DNA of 64,000 bases from Mobula hypostoma (GCF_963921235.1 NC_086097.1:177198001-177262000); one strand, 5' to 3'; shown: positions 12,651 to 26,400, counted from the first letter of the stretch. Notes: generated by a model from the sequence alone, not told the origin. Program-made: numbers and translations.

Positions 12651-13945
12651 TTGTTCCAATAGATTTCACTCTGCAATTCAAGTGCTTCATGTATAAAAAT
12701 AGCTCAAGACACAATTGAAATTCTGGACCATTAAGACGAAAAAAAATGCCCATAGGGTACACAAGACAATGAATGGAGCCATGAAATGTGGTTACTCTTT
12801 AATCATTAGATTTAGAAGAGACATGAAAATAATTGAAAGGAACAAGGTTTCCACTGCTTCCTACCACTGCATTCTCAATCAGCCTGTCGTTATTAATGCT
12901 AATATGCTTTAGGATTAATATTGTTATCTCTGAAGATATGAATTCTAACATATCCTCCCTTCAATCAGCCAGGTCAATTAAATAGTGTAAATCCAGTTGT
13001 AGGAACGACAATTGGATCCTGTAGCGAACTTTGGTATGTGCAAGTAGGCTCAATTTGCAATGTTTATCACAGCAGACAGAAGCCAGATCACCGTAATTGT
13101 TTTCTGACAATTCAACTTCTTGTTGGCACAGTAAGCTAAAGTTAAAAATGTAATCCGCTCCCATGTTACAAGTCACAGGAGTTGGCATCTTCCAATAATT
13201 GTGTTATAATTCTTGGAAACTGCTCGGTTAAATGCAATGATGTGTGCAAAATTGGGAGAGAAACAGGCAGTTGACACATCCCCCATATCTAGGTTGATAA
13301 AGGTGTCAATAACAAATTCTCATCTATGTTTTCAAATAGAGTTGTAGAGTCATAGTGTCGAAACAGGTCCCTCAGCCCAACTCATCCATCCAGACCTCCA
13401 AGGTATTTCCATTTGCCATGTTTGGTCATATCCCTCTCAATACCTCCATTCATTCACTCCATCCCACCCATTCACCTCAGTAATCAGGATCATCATTCAC
13501 CAGGTCTTCTCTTCAGCTCCTCCTCACATGTCCGTGACTCCCTCCTTATTGACCATCTCGCTCACCCCACCTCCCACCCCAACAACCGCTCCAGCCAAAA
13601 ACACCATCTTGGCAGTGAATCAGAATCAGGTTTATTATCATTGGCATCTGTTGTAAAATTTGTTGTTTTGTGGCAGCAAGATAAAAAAATTACAAAAGTT
13701 CAAAGTGAAATTTATCATCAGAGTACATACGTATCACCACATCCAACCCTGAGATTCTTTTTCCTACGGGCACACTTAGCAAATCTATAGAACAGTAACA
13801 AACAGGATCAATGAACAATGAACTGTGCAAATGCAAATATAAGTAAATAGCTATAAATAACAAGAGCATGAAATAACAAGAAAAAGAGTCATTGAAGTGA
13901 GACTGTCAGTTGTGGGAACAGCAGAAATAGAATGAGTATAACTAT

Positions 13946-15051
13946 TGTCAAGTGATCGGCAACAATGAATATATCGAGTCAGGATTTATAAACAAACAAA
14001 CACTTATTAAACCCTAATAAACAATGAAAAAAAACGAAAACCTAACCGGAAGTAAACTGCTATGTGGCCATTCATTAAACTGCTACTCAGTACTAGTTCT
14101 TAAAGCGATAAATGTGAAACCAGTTCTTAAAGCGATAAATTCAAACACAGTTCCTCAAATGGTTAGTTTTAAAGTCCAAGAGGTTTATATTGTCAATTAG
14201 GAGAGACTTTCATGAAGTAACGAATTCCTCAAAGACACAACGTCACTGCCACTCCCAGCCGGATCCTGCCTTGTCCACAGGATTCATGACGACAGAAATA
14301 AAGTGGTTTTAAAGGCATCTTCCATAGAATAGATCCTGCACAGCCTTTTCTACCACTTTTAGCAGAGGCTATCTCATGCAGATCACTCTTTCAATAATGG
14401 TCGATCCTCACAAGACAAAGGAGCAGAAGTAGGCCATTTGGCCCATCAAGTCCGCTCCGCAGCTCACACATGAGCTAAACTATTCACCCATCTTGTTCCA
14501 ATTTCCGGCTTTTTCCCCATATCCCTTGATACCCTGACTAATTAGATACCTGTCAATCTCCTCCTTAAACACCCTCAATGATCAGGCCTCCACAGCCATA
14601 TGTGGCAACGAATTCCACAAATCCATGACCCTCCGGCTAAAAAAAGTTTCTCCTCATCTCTGTTTTAACTAGGTACCCTCTAATTTCCAAACCCATTGAA
14701 CATCTCTTTCAGGGTCCCGTCTTCACTCTCCAATTTTACTGAAAAGATACATTAACAAACCTGGCAGCGATTGTCAAACTGCCAGCCCAGACTTCCTTAC
14801 CTTACAATAGAACATAAAACTCCGTTTAAAATCAAAACTGCGTCATAATGCAAATATGCAGTGGAGTGGAGTATCTCATTGACATTCTAACTGGAAAGCT
14901 AACTGCGTCCCCAGGGTCTTCCCTTTTATACCTGTGGTGAGCATGTCATCACGTGACCTCACATCAGTGGGAAATTACATCAGGTGACCTCCAAAAGACC
15001 ATTACACCATTCTCACAAGAAAGTCACAAGATCTCCATGAGGTATGTAGCA
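13946..15051 (-). mobile_element. Solo LTR (probably Gypsy-type) with nested CR1 3' fragment at about 14409-14686
   Basis: TG...CA termini. 4-bp TSD CTAT (13942-13945, 15052-15055), whose removal restores the surrounding minus-strand Rex1 3' UTR. TATAAAAGGG on the minus strand at 14921-14930. Confidence 0.8.
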
Positions 15052-15284
15052 CTATCTCCTTTTGTTCAAAAGCCTGATGGTTGAGGGGTAATAACTGTTC
15101 TTGAAACTTGAGGCTCGGGTCCTGAGGCACGTACTTTCTACCTGATGGCAGCTGTGAGAAAAAAGCATGGCCTGGTGGTGAGGATCTTTAATGATGGACC
15201 CTGTGCATTGGAGCCTCCATACCAGACTGTGATGGAACCAATCAAAAGGCTGCCTGTTCTTGGATGAGAAGTGTTTACTTATTT

Positions 15285-15582
15285 TCTTTTATTTGGAGAT
15301 ACCGCGTGGAACAGGCTCTTCCAGCCCAACAAGCCACACTACCCAGAAACCCACCCACTTATTTAACCTCCACTAATCACAGGACAATTTACAATGACCA
15401 ATTAACCTACTAACCAGTATATCCATGGAATGTGGGAGAAAACCAGGCACCCAGAGGAAACCCACACGTTCCTGGGGTGGACGTTGGACGTACAGAATCC
15501 TTAGAGATGGCATCAGAATTGAACCCCAAACTCCCCAAGCTGTAACAGTCTTGCACTAGCCACTATGCTACCATGGTGCCCC
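15285..15582 (-). mobile_element. HE1-like V-SINE (tRNA-derived)
   Basis: Minus strand reads 'gggcaccatggtagcatagtggctagtgcaagactgttacagc...gtgtgggtttcctctgggtg...ggttagtaggttaattggtcattgtaaattgtcc' followed by a CR1-like tail. Confidence 0.75.
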
Positions 15583-17220
15583 AAGTTCAAATGATATATT
15601 GACATTTGACTCCGAGGTTGGGATCGAACCCAAGTCTTTGGAGATACGAAGCAGCAGCTTTACCATCTGTGCCACCATAATGCCCGTTGATTGCAACAGC
15701 TGGAGCTGCTACATCTTGGTTTCAGTGAGCCAAGTGACCCATTCCTAACCCCAGGTGCCACCTGTGTGGAGTTTTCATGTTCTCCCATGTCCATGGGCAT
15801 TTCCCCCAGGTGCTTTAAATAGTTTGAATGATCCAGACACCACAGATCCCTGATAGAGAATTTGAGGTTCACCACCTGCCAATGAGAAGAAATTTCTCTG
15901 CACCTTGGTTTTCCATGATCACCTCTTGTACATCACCCAGCATTTCCCCAGATGCCAACCAACTAATACCTTATGCCCCAGACCTGGACCCCCCTTATCC
16001 TTCTTAGTAACCACCAAACTGGATTGAAGGCTATTTACATCAATCCTGAGAAAATACTTCAGAAAAAGATAGGCCCAATTAAAACAAACTTGTTTGTCCA
16101 TCTTTTCCAGTTCTAATGAAGTGTCTTGAACCTGAAGGATTAAATCTACTTGTCTCTCCACAGATGCTACCTTACCTGCTGAATGTTGCTGGTATTTTTT
16201 GTTTTCATTTCATATTTCTATCGACTGTGCTGTTTTGATTTTGAAGGAGATTGATCAGACTGATGAAGGTGGCTGGTTTCCTTTCCTCAAGCACGTTAGT
16301 GAACCAGATAGTTTTTTTTACAACAGTCCGGTTTTTTGTGTACATCATTCCTGAGATTGATTTTGCCTTTAAACTCCATGTCCAATTTAAATTCCCCAGA
16401 GGCCATTTCTGCATCAAAAGTCTAGGTCTCTGGATAGCAGTTTAGTTATTTAATCAGAACACTGCAATCTGTTTCAGAGGGTCAGTAATAAAATCTAGAA
16501 CAAAACTAAAACACAATACTGAGCCCAGTCCTTTCCTCATGCAACCTTTGACCCAAAACGTTGACAATTTCTTTCTTCCCATTAATACTGCTTGATCCAT
16601 TGAGGTCTTCCAGCAGATTGTTTGTTAAGCCTCAATAGTGACCATCAAGTCCTTTCCCACCTCAGACATTCTCTCTTCTCCACCCTCCCATCAAGCAGAA
16701 GACACAAAAGACTGAAAGCATGCACCACCAGGCACAAGACAGCTTCGATCCCACTGTTATAAGACTATTGAATGATTCCCTAATACTGTGAAAATAATGA
16801 ACTAATTTACCAGTTTACCAGCTTACCAACATGAGTGCACCTCAGGGCTCCTGTTCTACTTTCCTTACACCCATGACTAGGTACTTTAGTACAAGTCCAA
16901 TACCATCTACAGATTCCCTGATGACACCACTGCAGTAGGCCAAGTCACAGGTGGTGATGTTTCAATGGACAGGTATAAGACAGAACATCTGGTTGAGTGA
17001 TACCACAACAACCTCAGGATCAACAGCAAGCAAACCAAGGAAATAATTGTTGACTTGAGAAAGGGGGAGTTGGGAGACCACATGCCTGTTCTCATTGGTA
17101 AGTCATTGGCTTCAAATCCATGTTTTTAACCTCTCAGGTGACCAGTGCTGCGCCCAGGATGTAGATGCAATCACGAAGAATGCTAGCACCTCTGCTTCCT
17201 TAGAAGCTTAATGAGATCTA

Positions 17221-17903
17221 AAACACGAGGAAGTCTGCAGATGCTGGAAATTCAAGCAACACACATAAAAGTTGCTGGTGAATGCAGCAGGCCAGGCAGC
17301 ATCTCTAGGTAGAGGTACGCTCTGTCCGCCAGAGAAAGCAGGATCTCCCAGTGGCCACACATTTTAATTCCACGTCCCATTCCCATTCTGATATGTCTAT
17401 CCACAGCCTCCTCTACTGTAAAGATGAAGCCACACTCAGGTTGGAGGAACAACACCTTATATTCCGTCTGGGTAGCCTCCAACCTGATGGCATGAACATT
17501 GACTTCTCAAACTTACACTAATGCCCCACCTCCCCCTCGAACCCCATCCGTTATTTATTTATATACACACATTCTTTCTCTCACTGTCCTTTTTCTCCCT
17601 CTGTCCCTCTGAATATACCCCTTGCCCCATCCTCTGGGTCCCCCCCCCCCGCTTGTCTTTCTTCCCGGACCTCCTCTCGTATCCCTTTTGCCAATCACCT
17701 GTCCAGCTCTTGGCTCCATCCCTCCCCCTCCTGTATTCTCCTATCATTTCGGATCTCCCCCTCCCCCTTCCACTTTCAAATCTCTTACTAACTATTCTTT
17801 CAGTTAGTCCTGACGAAGGGTCTCAGCCCAAAACGTCAACTGTACCTCTTCCTAGAGATGCTGCCTGGCCTGCTGCGTTCACCAGCAACTTTTATGTGTG
17901 TTG
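17221..17903 (+). mobile_element. Penelope insertion with inverted pseudo-LTR, nested in a Rex1 copy (about 16830-18510)
   Basis: Perfect 13-bp TSD TTAATGAGATCTA (17208-17220, 17904-17916). 62-bp inverted arms at 17257-17318 and 17842-17903. Encodes DLPVATHFNSTSHSHSDM...EEQHLIFRLGSLQPDGMNIDFS. Confidence 0.9.
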
Positions 17904-18549
17904 TTAATGAGATCTAGCATGTCACCAAATACTCCAATCATTTTCAACTGATACACTATTGAAAGTCTCTGATTCCATCGTGGCATGGTACAGCAACGGG
18001 AACAGAAGAGGCTGCAGAGGGTAGTGGACACAGCCATCCCTGCCACTGCCTCAGGAAGGTGGCATCTATCTATCCATTACATCTGGGCCATGTCCTTTTC
18101 TCGCTGCTACCATCAGGAAGGACATAACAACCCACACCAGTTCAGGGGGTAATTAGGGATGGACAATAAATGCCGGCGTGGCCAATGATGCCCACCACCT
18201 ATGACATGCCCTCTTCTCATTGTTACTATCGGGGAGTAGAAGCTGAAGGCACACACTCAGTGATTCAGGAACAGCTTCTTCCCCTCTGCCATCTGATTTC
18301 TGAATGGACATTGAACCCATGAACACTACCTCACTACTTTTTATTTCTGTTTTGCACTACTTAGTTTAATTTAACTCTTTAATATACATATATATACTTA
18401 CTGTAATTCAGTTTTTCTTCTACATTTATCAGGTTTTGCATTGTACTACTGTCGCAAAGTAAATATTTCACAACGTATGCCAGTGATATTAAACCTGATT
18501 CTGATGCTGATGGCCACATTTTGAGAACAGAAAATAAAACATGGATGTA

Positions 18550-20299
18550 CAGTGTCTATGAAAAGTCTTCACCCACCCCCCCCCCCCAGAAGTTTTCATG
18601 TTTTACAATATTGAATCATAGTGGATTTCTTTTGGGTTATTTTTGACACTGATCGACCGAAAAAGACTCTTTCGCATCAAAGTGAAAACAAATCTCTACA
18701 AAGTGACCTAAATTAAGTACAAGTATAAAACATAAAATAACTGATTGCATAAGATGATTAAAGATCACCTTAAAGATGATCTGAGTTCTTAAAGATAGTG
18801 GAATCAAAGGTTATGGGGGTAAGGCAGGAACTGGATACTGATTGTGGTTGATCAGCCATGATCACAGCGAATGGCGGTGCTGGCTCGAAAGGCTGAATGG
18901 CCTACTCCTGCACCTACTGTCTATTGTCTATAAGTATTCACCCCTTTAAGTCAGTAGGTGCATCTTTGGCAGCAATTATGGCCTTGAGTCTGTGTGGATA
19001 GGTCTCTATGATTTTTGCACATCTGGACACTAACATTTTTCCCCATTCTTCTTTACTAACCTGCTCGAGGTCTATCAGATTACATGGGGATCGTGAGTGA
19101 ACAGTCCTTTTCAAGTCGAGCCACAAATTCTCAATTGGATTGAGATCTGGATTCTGACTAGGCCACTCCAGGACATTAACTTTGTTGTTTTTAAGCCATT
19201 CCTGTATAGCTTTGGCTTTATGCTTGGGGTCATTGACTTGTTGGAAAACAAATCTTCTGCCAAGTCACAGTTCTCTTTCAGACTGCATCAGGTTTTCCTC
19301 CAGGATTTCCCTGCATTTTGCTGCATTCATTTTACCCGCTACCTTCACAAGCCTTCCAGGGCCTGCTGCAGTGAAGCATCCCCACAGCATGATGCAGCCA
19401 CCACCATGCTTCACAGAAGGAATGGTGTGTTTTTAATGATGTGCAGCACTTTGGTTTACACCAAACATACATTTAGTCTGATGGCCAAAAATCTCAGTTT
19501 TGTTTCATCAGACCATAGAGCCTTCTTCCAGCTGACTTCAGAGTCTTCCACAAGCTTTCTACCAAATTCTAGCTGAGACTTCATGTGAGTTTTTCAACGG
19601 TGGCTTTCTCCTTGGCACTCTCCCATAAAGCTGTGACTGGTGAAGCACCCAGGCAACAGTTTTTGCGTGCGCAGTCTCTACCGTCTCAGCCACTGAAGCT
19701 TGTAATTCTTCCAGAGTTATTGTAGGTCTCCTGGTGGCCTCCCTCACTAGTCCCCTTCTTGCATGGTCACTCAGTTTTTGAGGACGGCCTACTCTAGGCA
19801 GATCTACAGCTGTGACATATTCTTTCCATTTCTTGATGACTGACTTAACCACATTCCAAGGGATATTCAGTGACTTGGAAATTTTCTTGTATTCACCTCC
19901 TGACTTTCTGCAGAGTAGCTTGATGTGTTCTTTAGTCTTCATGGTGTAGTTTTCACAGACCTTCCAGACACAGGTGTATTTTTACTACAATCAAAACACC
20001 TTGACTGCACACATGTGATCTCCATTTAACTGATTATGTGATTTCTAAAACCAATTGACTGCACCAGTGATGATTTGGTGTGTCATATTAAAGGGGGTGA
20101 ATACTTATGCAATCAATTATTTTGCGTTTGTATTTTGTATTTCCATTACTTTGTAGAGATCTGTTTTCACTTTGATATGAAAGAGTCTTTTCTGTTGATC
20201 AGTGTCAAAAAAGCCAAATTAAATCCATTGTGATTCTACATTGTAAAACAATAAAACACAAAACCTTTCAAGGGGGTTGAATACTTTTTATAGGCACTG
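18550..20299 (-). mobile_element. Tc1-family DNA transposon, near full length, transposase pseudogene
   Basis: TA|CAGTG...CACTG|TA ends with ~210-bp IR/DR-type inverted repeats. Minus-strand fragments MKTKEH...[33 protein letters not shown] (catalytic D changed to V), PDLNPIENLW. Frameshifted. Confidence 0.95.
18754..18929 (+). mobile_element. Short CR1 3' end inserted in the Tc1 terminal repeat
   Basis: CR1 tail 'ggctgaatggcctactcctgcacctactgtctattgtcta'. Flanking duplication ATAAG (18749-18753, 18930-18934). Confidence 0.85.
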
Positions 20300-21109
20300 T
20301 AGTTTAATGATTCTTGCCACATGCAGCAACCCTAGCAGTGAAGCACATCTACCGGGCTTTGAAGTATAAAGTCATAGAGCAATACTGCACAGAAATAGGC
20401 TCTTCAGTGTACTGAGTCCGTGCTGACCGTGAATCACCTTGCATCTTGTTTAGCACGAACCAGATGGACCGAAGGTCTTGTTTCTGTGATATATGCTATC
20501 AATGACTCTCTAATTCTAACCCCTCATTTACACTAATCCTACATTAGTCACATTATTTATTTTATTCCAGAATCTAACCCCACCTACACATTAGCGACAA
20601 TGTATAGTGAGCTAATTGACTGATGAAGCTGCATGCCTTTGAGATGTATGAGAAACACGATCAATCGCAACACCCCCCTTACTTCTCTAAACTATTCTCT
20701 CCAAATTGCCAATGAACTGTTACCTACCAGTGACCTACCCTGTAGGGTAAGGGCAGAAGGGGCAAAAACCAAGTGTATGTTCTGGTTGAATGGAGACACA
20801 AGAGACTGAAAATGCTCGAATCTGGAGCAACAAACAATCTGCTAGAGGAACTCAGAGAAGCGGGCTGCGTCTACGGAGGGAAATGGACAGTTGATATTTC
20901 TGATCCTGATGAAGGAACTCAACCCAAAATATTGACTATCAATTTCCCTCCAAACAGGACTAACCCACTGAGTTCCTCCAGCATCTCAAGTTTTTCTTCA
21001 ATGGAGTCACAGAACTATTGAGTTATACAGCACAGACAGGCCCTTGCCAACCAAGGTTCCCAGCTAAGCAGGTCCCATTCCCTCCTGTATGGTCCATATG
21101 CCTCTAAAC

Positions 21110-21190
21110 CAGGAGTTGCAGATCTTTCTTTATGCCATTTACTCATACCATTAAGCAAGGGGTCCTTGGACCTCAGGTTAGGAACCCCCG
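21110..21190. mobile_element. hAT (Charlie-type) MITE, 81 bp
   Basis: Perfect 8-bp TSD CTCTAAAC (21102-21109, 21191-21198) with degenerate CAGG.GTT / AACCCC termini. A related copy lies at 30546. Confidence 0.8.
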
Positions 21191-24100
21191 CTCTAAACCT
21201 TCCTTGTCCATGTACCTATCCAAGAGCCTTTTAAATGCTGCTTCAAACTCTTCCTCTGACAGTTCATTTCCATATACTAACCACCCTCTGGGTTAATAAG
21301 TTGCCCTTCAGGTTAAATCACTACCCTCTCACCTTAAAACTCTGCCCTCTAGTTTTTGATTTCCCAACCCTGGATAAAGACTGTGAATTGATAGAATTGT
21401 GGCTTTGGGTTTTATGAATACCTGGCGACACTCTGAAAGGAAGTTCCTCTGTGGCTTTCTAATATATTCCCATACATGGTGGCTGTAAATACAGATTTCC
21501 TGTCAAGCATATCAGCTGGTCTAACAGCATTCCCCTGGGCAATTCGCGCACTCAGATTGAACTCTGAATTCTCTGGAGTGACTCTTGAACTCATAACCTT
21601 CCAGCCCTGTAAAGCATTTACAACCTGTGGTATTGAAGCCTCTGAGATTTGAAATGTTTAAAAGCAAGCAGGTGTAATGCCTTTGCAGGTGGAACAGTGA
21701 TGCAGCTGGTGAAATGATGTCTCTCATCTCTAGTGACCTGGCTGATGATGTGTCAGAGGATGGGAAGGAGGCAGAGAGCCTAGTGACACGGTGTCATGAC
21801 AACAAACTTTCCTTGAATGTCATCTTCCTTGGCTGTTGCATTGTCTCTGCTGGGATGAAAGAATGAGGTAGTTAAGATAAAATGAAAAGCTACAGATGCT
21901 AGAAAGCTAAAATGGAAATGCTTAAAAAAATTCCGCAAGTCAGACAGTACCTTTTCCCAGAGCAGCAATAGCCAATACTGAAGAATATTTATGTAAGGTG
22001 TGTGGAGGAAAGTTTATGTGAGATGTCAGTGGTAAGATTTTTTTCAGAGATTGCTGGGTGCCTGGAATGCACTATCAGGGGTGGATGTTGAGGCTGATAC
22101 ATTAGGGACACTTAAAATGCTCCTAGATAGGCACACGAATGACAGAAAATTTGAGATTTATTGGCTGTGTTGGGGAGAAGGGGTAGGTTGATGATTTATA
22201 CTGACATAGAATCCAGGGCTGAAGGGCCCCGTGCTATTCTACGTTCTATCTGTGTGAAGAGTCACAGAATCAGTGTTTCAGGAGGAAGAGCCTCCTTCAG
22301 CACTGGGAAGGGGACAAATGAATTTTGTAGTTGCAGAGAGGGTGGGTTAGGGCAATTTCTCTGATATGAGAAAACTGGGGTGAGCAAAAGGACGTGCTAT
22401 AAACCAGATTATCTCATCAGTAAGCAGTTAGAGTAAGAACATAGGCAAAACACGTAGAAGCCACACGGGATGGCTGGAACTAAATACGAACAGCTGGAGC
22501 AGCCCAGTCAGTCAAATAGGACTGGCGCAGGGTCTCAACCCAAAATGTTGACAGTTCCTCTCTTCCCACAGCTGCTGCTTGACCAACTGAGTTTCTCCAC
22601 CAACTTGTGGATGACAGAGGGTCTACATCCTGAAATATTGACTCTGTTTCTCTTCCCGCAGATGTTATCTGACTGCTGAATTTTTTAAGCATTTTCATTT
22701 CAGGTTTCCAGTATTTGCACTTTCCAGTATTTCAACCTATCAGAGACAAGCACGTAGACTCCATGGCCAAGAAAGCTCACCAGTGCCTCTACTTCCTCAG
22801 GAGGCTAAAGAAATTTGCATGTCCCCCTTGACTCTCACCAATTTTTATTGATGTACCATATGATATCAATATACCATATTGATATCCACATGAATCATGG
22901 CTTGGGATGGCAACTGCTCTGCCTGTGACCACAAGGAACTACAGAGAATTATCAACACAACTGACTGCATCACAGAAACCAGTCTCAGCTCCTTTGGACT
23001 CTGTCGACACTTCTTGCTGCTTCAATAAAACAGCCAGAATAATCAAAGATACCTCCCATCCTGGACATTCTCCTTTCTTTCACCCCACCCCCCTCCCCAC
23101 CCCTCACCATCAGGTAGAAGATACAAAAACCCAGAAGTACATACCACGAAGCTCAAGGACAATTCCTCTACTGTTGTTATAAGATACTGAACAATCCTGG
23201 GATGATAAGGTGGTGTGATAGATATTCACTGTCTTCGGGCCGGGGCGCCCTTTGTTGCCAAGCTCAAGCTTGCTAATCACGGTAGCTGCCACTAGTAAAG
23301 ATCACAGTGATGTTTTTCAGTAAGTTAAATTCAATATTTTTTGTTTAGCTTCTGGTCATAAACAGAAACCAGTTCTCAAATAGCAAGCGGTAATTAGTTT
23401 GAAGTTAAAAGAACAGCTTTGCAAACAGGTTAGATTAATATTATCACTTAGCACGTAAATAGGCGATCTATTTATTAATGAGTTGGGAAGTTTATGTATT
23501 CATGGATTCAGCTTCACAGCATTAATAGCGGATACCCGGGAACTCTGTCTCCAGGAGCTTTTAGACTGTCTGTGTTAAAAAATCTCTGGAAAAATATCAC
23601 ATTTGTGTGAAGTCACCCAAGTGGCAAAGAAATAGTATAAATGAAGAAAGCAGTTCAAGCTTATTTGGAATGATCAGTAACATCAGAGAGAATATATGAA
23701 ACACAGGGTGATCATACCTCTGCCTTCAATTTCAGTGACGGTTGACTAGTTCATCTGCAGCTCATTGGCATGTCTTTTTAACTTATAGGAATTGTAACTC
23801 TGTTTTGGAAATCCTTTGTTTTAGAAATTGTTTGCAATTTGGAAATCTTTAATAAGAAGTCCTCTGAGTTTTAAACATGTTTTAAGAATGTTGCTTGAAT
23901 TTAAATGTTTATCACTGAAGATAAGTGAACTACGCTATGTTTAAACTACTTTGTTAGCTGAAAATAATTTCTCATTGGTAGGGAGGGGGAGCCCACCACT
24001 AAACTCAATTGGCAGCTAATCTCAATGGGGAGGATAAACAAAGAAGTGAAATAGACTTTGAAGATGAGGTAGTTACGGTATAGCCTCCCTTTAATGAGTA

Positions 24101-24697
24101 TATTCATAGCTGTTAATATCCGATAGGACTTAAGGTCTTCACCTGAGTTTAGAACTTCATGGTCAACAAACCCAATGCCATCACAATGGACTTGACTTCA
24201 CAATCTACTTTTTTGTTGTGCCTGCACTGCACTTTCTCTGATTTATTCTGCAGCCTGTTATTGTTTTTACCTTGTACTGGTACTACTTCAGTGCACTTTT
24301 GTAATGAAATAATCAGCATAGACAGTACGCAAGACAAGTTTTTCACAGTACCTCAACAATTAGGAGAGCCTGAATACCCACATGCCGTGATTCAGAAACA
24401 CTTTCCTCCCTTCTAGCATCAGGCATCTGAATAGTCCATGAAGCCGTGAACAAAACCTCACTAGTGCTTTATATCTCCACTACTTAGTCTTCTAATTTAG
24501 TAACTTTATACCTTTACTCTGTACTGCTGCTGCAAAAACAACCAATTTCATTACATGTAAGTCAGTGGCAATAAATGTGGTCCTGATTCTGATCTCTGCT
24601 AGTTAAACTAACGCGGTTCTCTCTTTCTTGGTCCTGAAGGTCACAGACATGAAGTGCTAACTGTTTCTCCTTCTATGGTGGTAGTTGTCTCTCGGGG

Positions 24698-26400
24698 ATG
24701 GTGGTAGTTGTCTCTCGGGGTCTGAGGAAGACTAAACATTGTGCAATCATCTGTGGCTTCGGAGGCCGAAGGCTGAAGCACACCTGTGGTTGCAGGTTGG
24801 ACATGGAATGGCGGTTGTTAGAACAGGTGCATACACAGCTTTGTGATGTCGGTTTCGTGCTGCTGCAAGGCGCTGATTTCGGTCATCCTCAAAGTCAGAT
24901 GCAGCTTTTCTGGTCAGGGCGCGCCATGAAGCCCTGTCAGCTGCGGACTCCTCAAGTTGTCGAGGCTGGACATCTGCCCATTTGACGTACGATTTCAGAT
25001 CGTCTGTGAATCTTTTTTTGGGGCGGCCCAGATTGCGACCGCCATGAGCAGCTGCCTGGGGATTCTTGTTTCACCCATGCGGATTACATGGCCCATCCAG
25101 CGTAGCTGGGCCTGGAGGATCCTTGCCTCAATGCTTGTGCTGTTGGCTCTGTCAAGGACTTCCAAGGAAACTGCTCCAGCTGTTTGATGTGGCTGCGGTA
25201 CAGGGTCCAGGTTTCGCAGCCGTACAGGAGAGGGGTGAGGACCACAGCCTTGTACACCCTGAGCTTGGTTGAAAGCTGAGTGTCCTTGTGCTCCAGAACT
25301 TTGACACGGAGTTTCCCGAGTGCCTGGCTGGCTTTCTGGATCCTTGCTATGATCTCTTTGTCAAGGGATCCGTCACTGGAGATGATGCTTCCTAGATATT
25401 TGAAGCTCTCCACATTCTCCAGGACATTGCCGTCGATGGTGTTGCATGGCTGAGGAGGGTGACTGTTTGGTGCAGGTTGTAGGAGAACTTCTGTCTTACC
25501 GAAGCTGATTGTCAAGCTGAACAGCTTTGAGGCTGCGGAGAACTTGTCGGCAATCGTCTTCAGGTGGTTCTCCTGGTGGGCCATGAGGGCACAGTCATCA
25601 GCAAACAGGGCTTCAGTGATGAGCCTCCTCAGCGTTTTGGTCTTTGCAGCAAGGTATCTCAGGTCAAACATTGATCTATCTAGGCGATAATCCCAGCGGA
25701 TTATCGGCACCCAATTGCCCACCATTGAGAACATTTGCCATAAACACTGCCTGGGCAGGGTGAAAAGTATTATCAAGGATGCACCTCACCCTAACCATGG
25801 ACATTTTACTCTCCTCCCATCCGGTTGGCGCTACAGGAGCCTCCGCTCCCACACCAGCAGGCACAGGAAGAGCTTCTTCCCTGAGGCTGTGACCCTGCTG
25901 AACCTCACATCACAGCGCTAAGCAGTGTTGCACCCATATTGTACTGTCTCAGTACTTTTACATTTGTGTGCTGTAGAACTAACTTTTTATTCGCAGTTAT
26001 TTTGTAAATAACACTATTCTTTGCATTTCTGGTTAGATGCTTACTGCATTTCATTGGCTTTGTATCTGTACTCGGCACAATGACAATAAAGTTGAATCTA
26101 ATCCAATCTAATATTTTATGTGAATACCCAGGTCGAGGTAATTAACAGCATGTTTCAGCACTTGGGTGAAGAGGAGGTTGAAGAGCACTGGTGCTAGAAC
26201 GCACCCTTACTTCACGCCATTTGAGATGTTGAAAGTCTCAGATGGGGAACCATCTGAGAACACTCCTGTCATGCCATCGTGGAGCAGGCGGATGAGAGTC
26301 GTGAATTTCCGTGGGCAGCCAAGCTTTCTAAGGATGATCCACAGTGCGTTTCGGTTGACTGTGTCAAACACCTTCGTCAGATCAATGAAGACAGATATAG
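24698..26400 (-). mobile_element. RTE-clade LINE RT fragment, interrupted by a plus-strand Rex1 3' end (about 25701-26112)
   Basis: FIDLTKVFDTVNR...GCVLAPVLFNL (26120-26400) continues into ORF 25084..25776(-): YRLDRSMFDLRYL...ALFADDCAL...FKYLGSII...LLYGCETWTLY. Confidence 0.92.

Noticed and set aside
25084..25776. 230-aa ORF as a functional RT
   Set aside because: Its N-terminus comes from the antisense strand of an inserted Rex1 fragment. The RT is truncated and interrupted.
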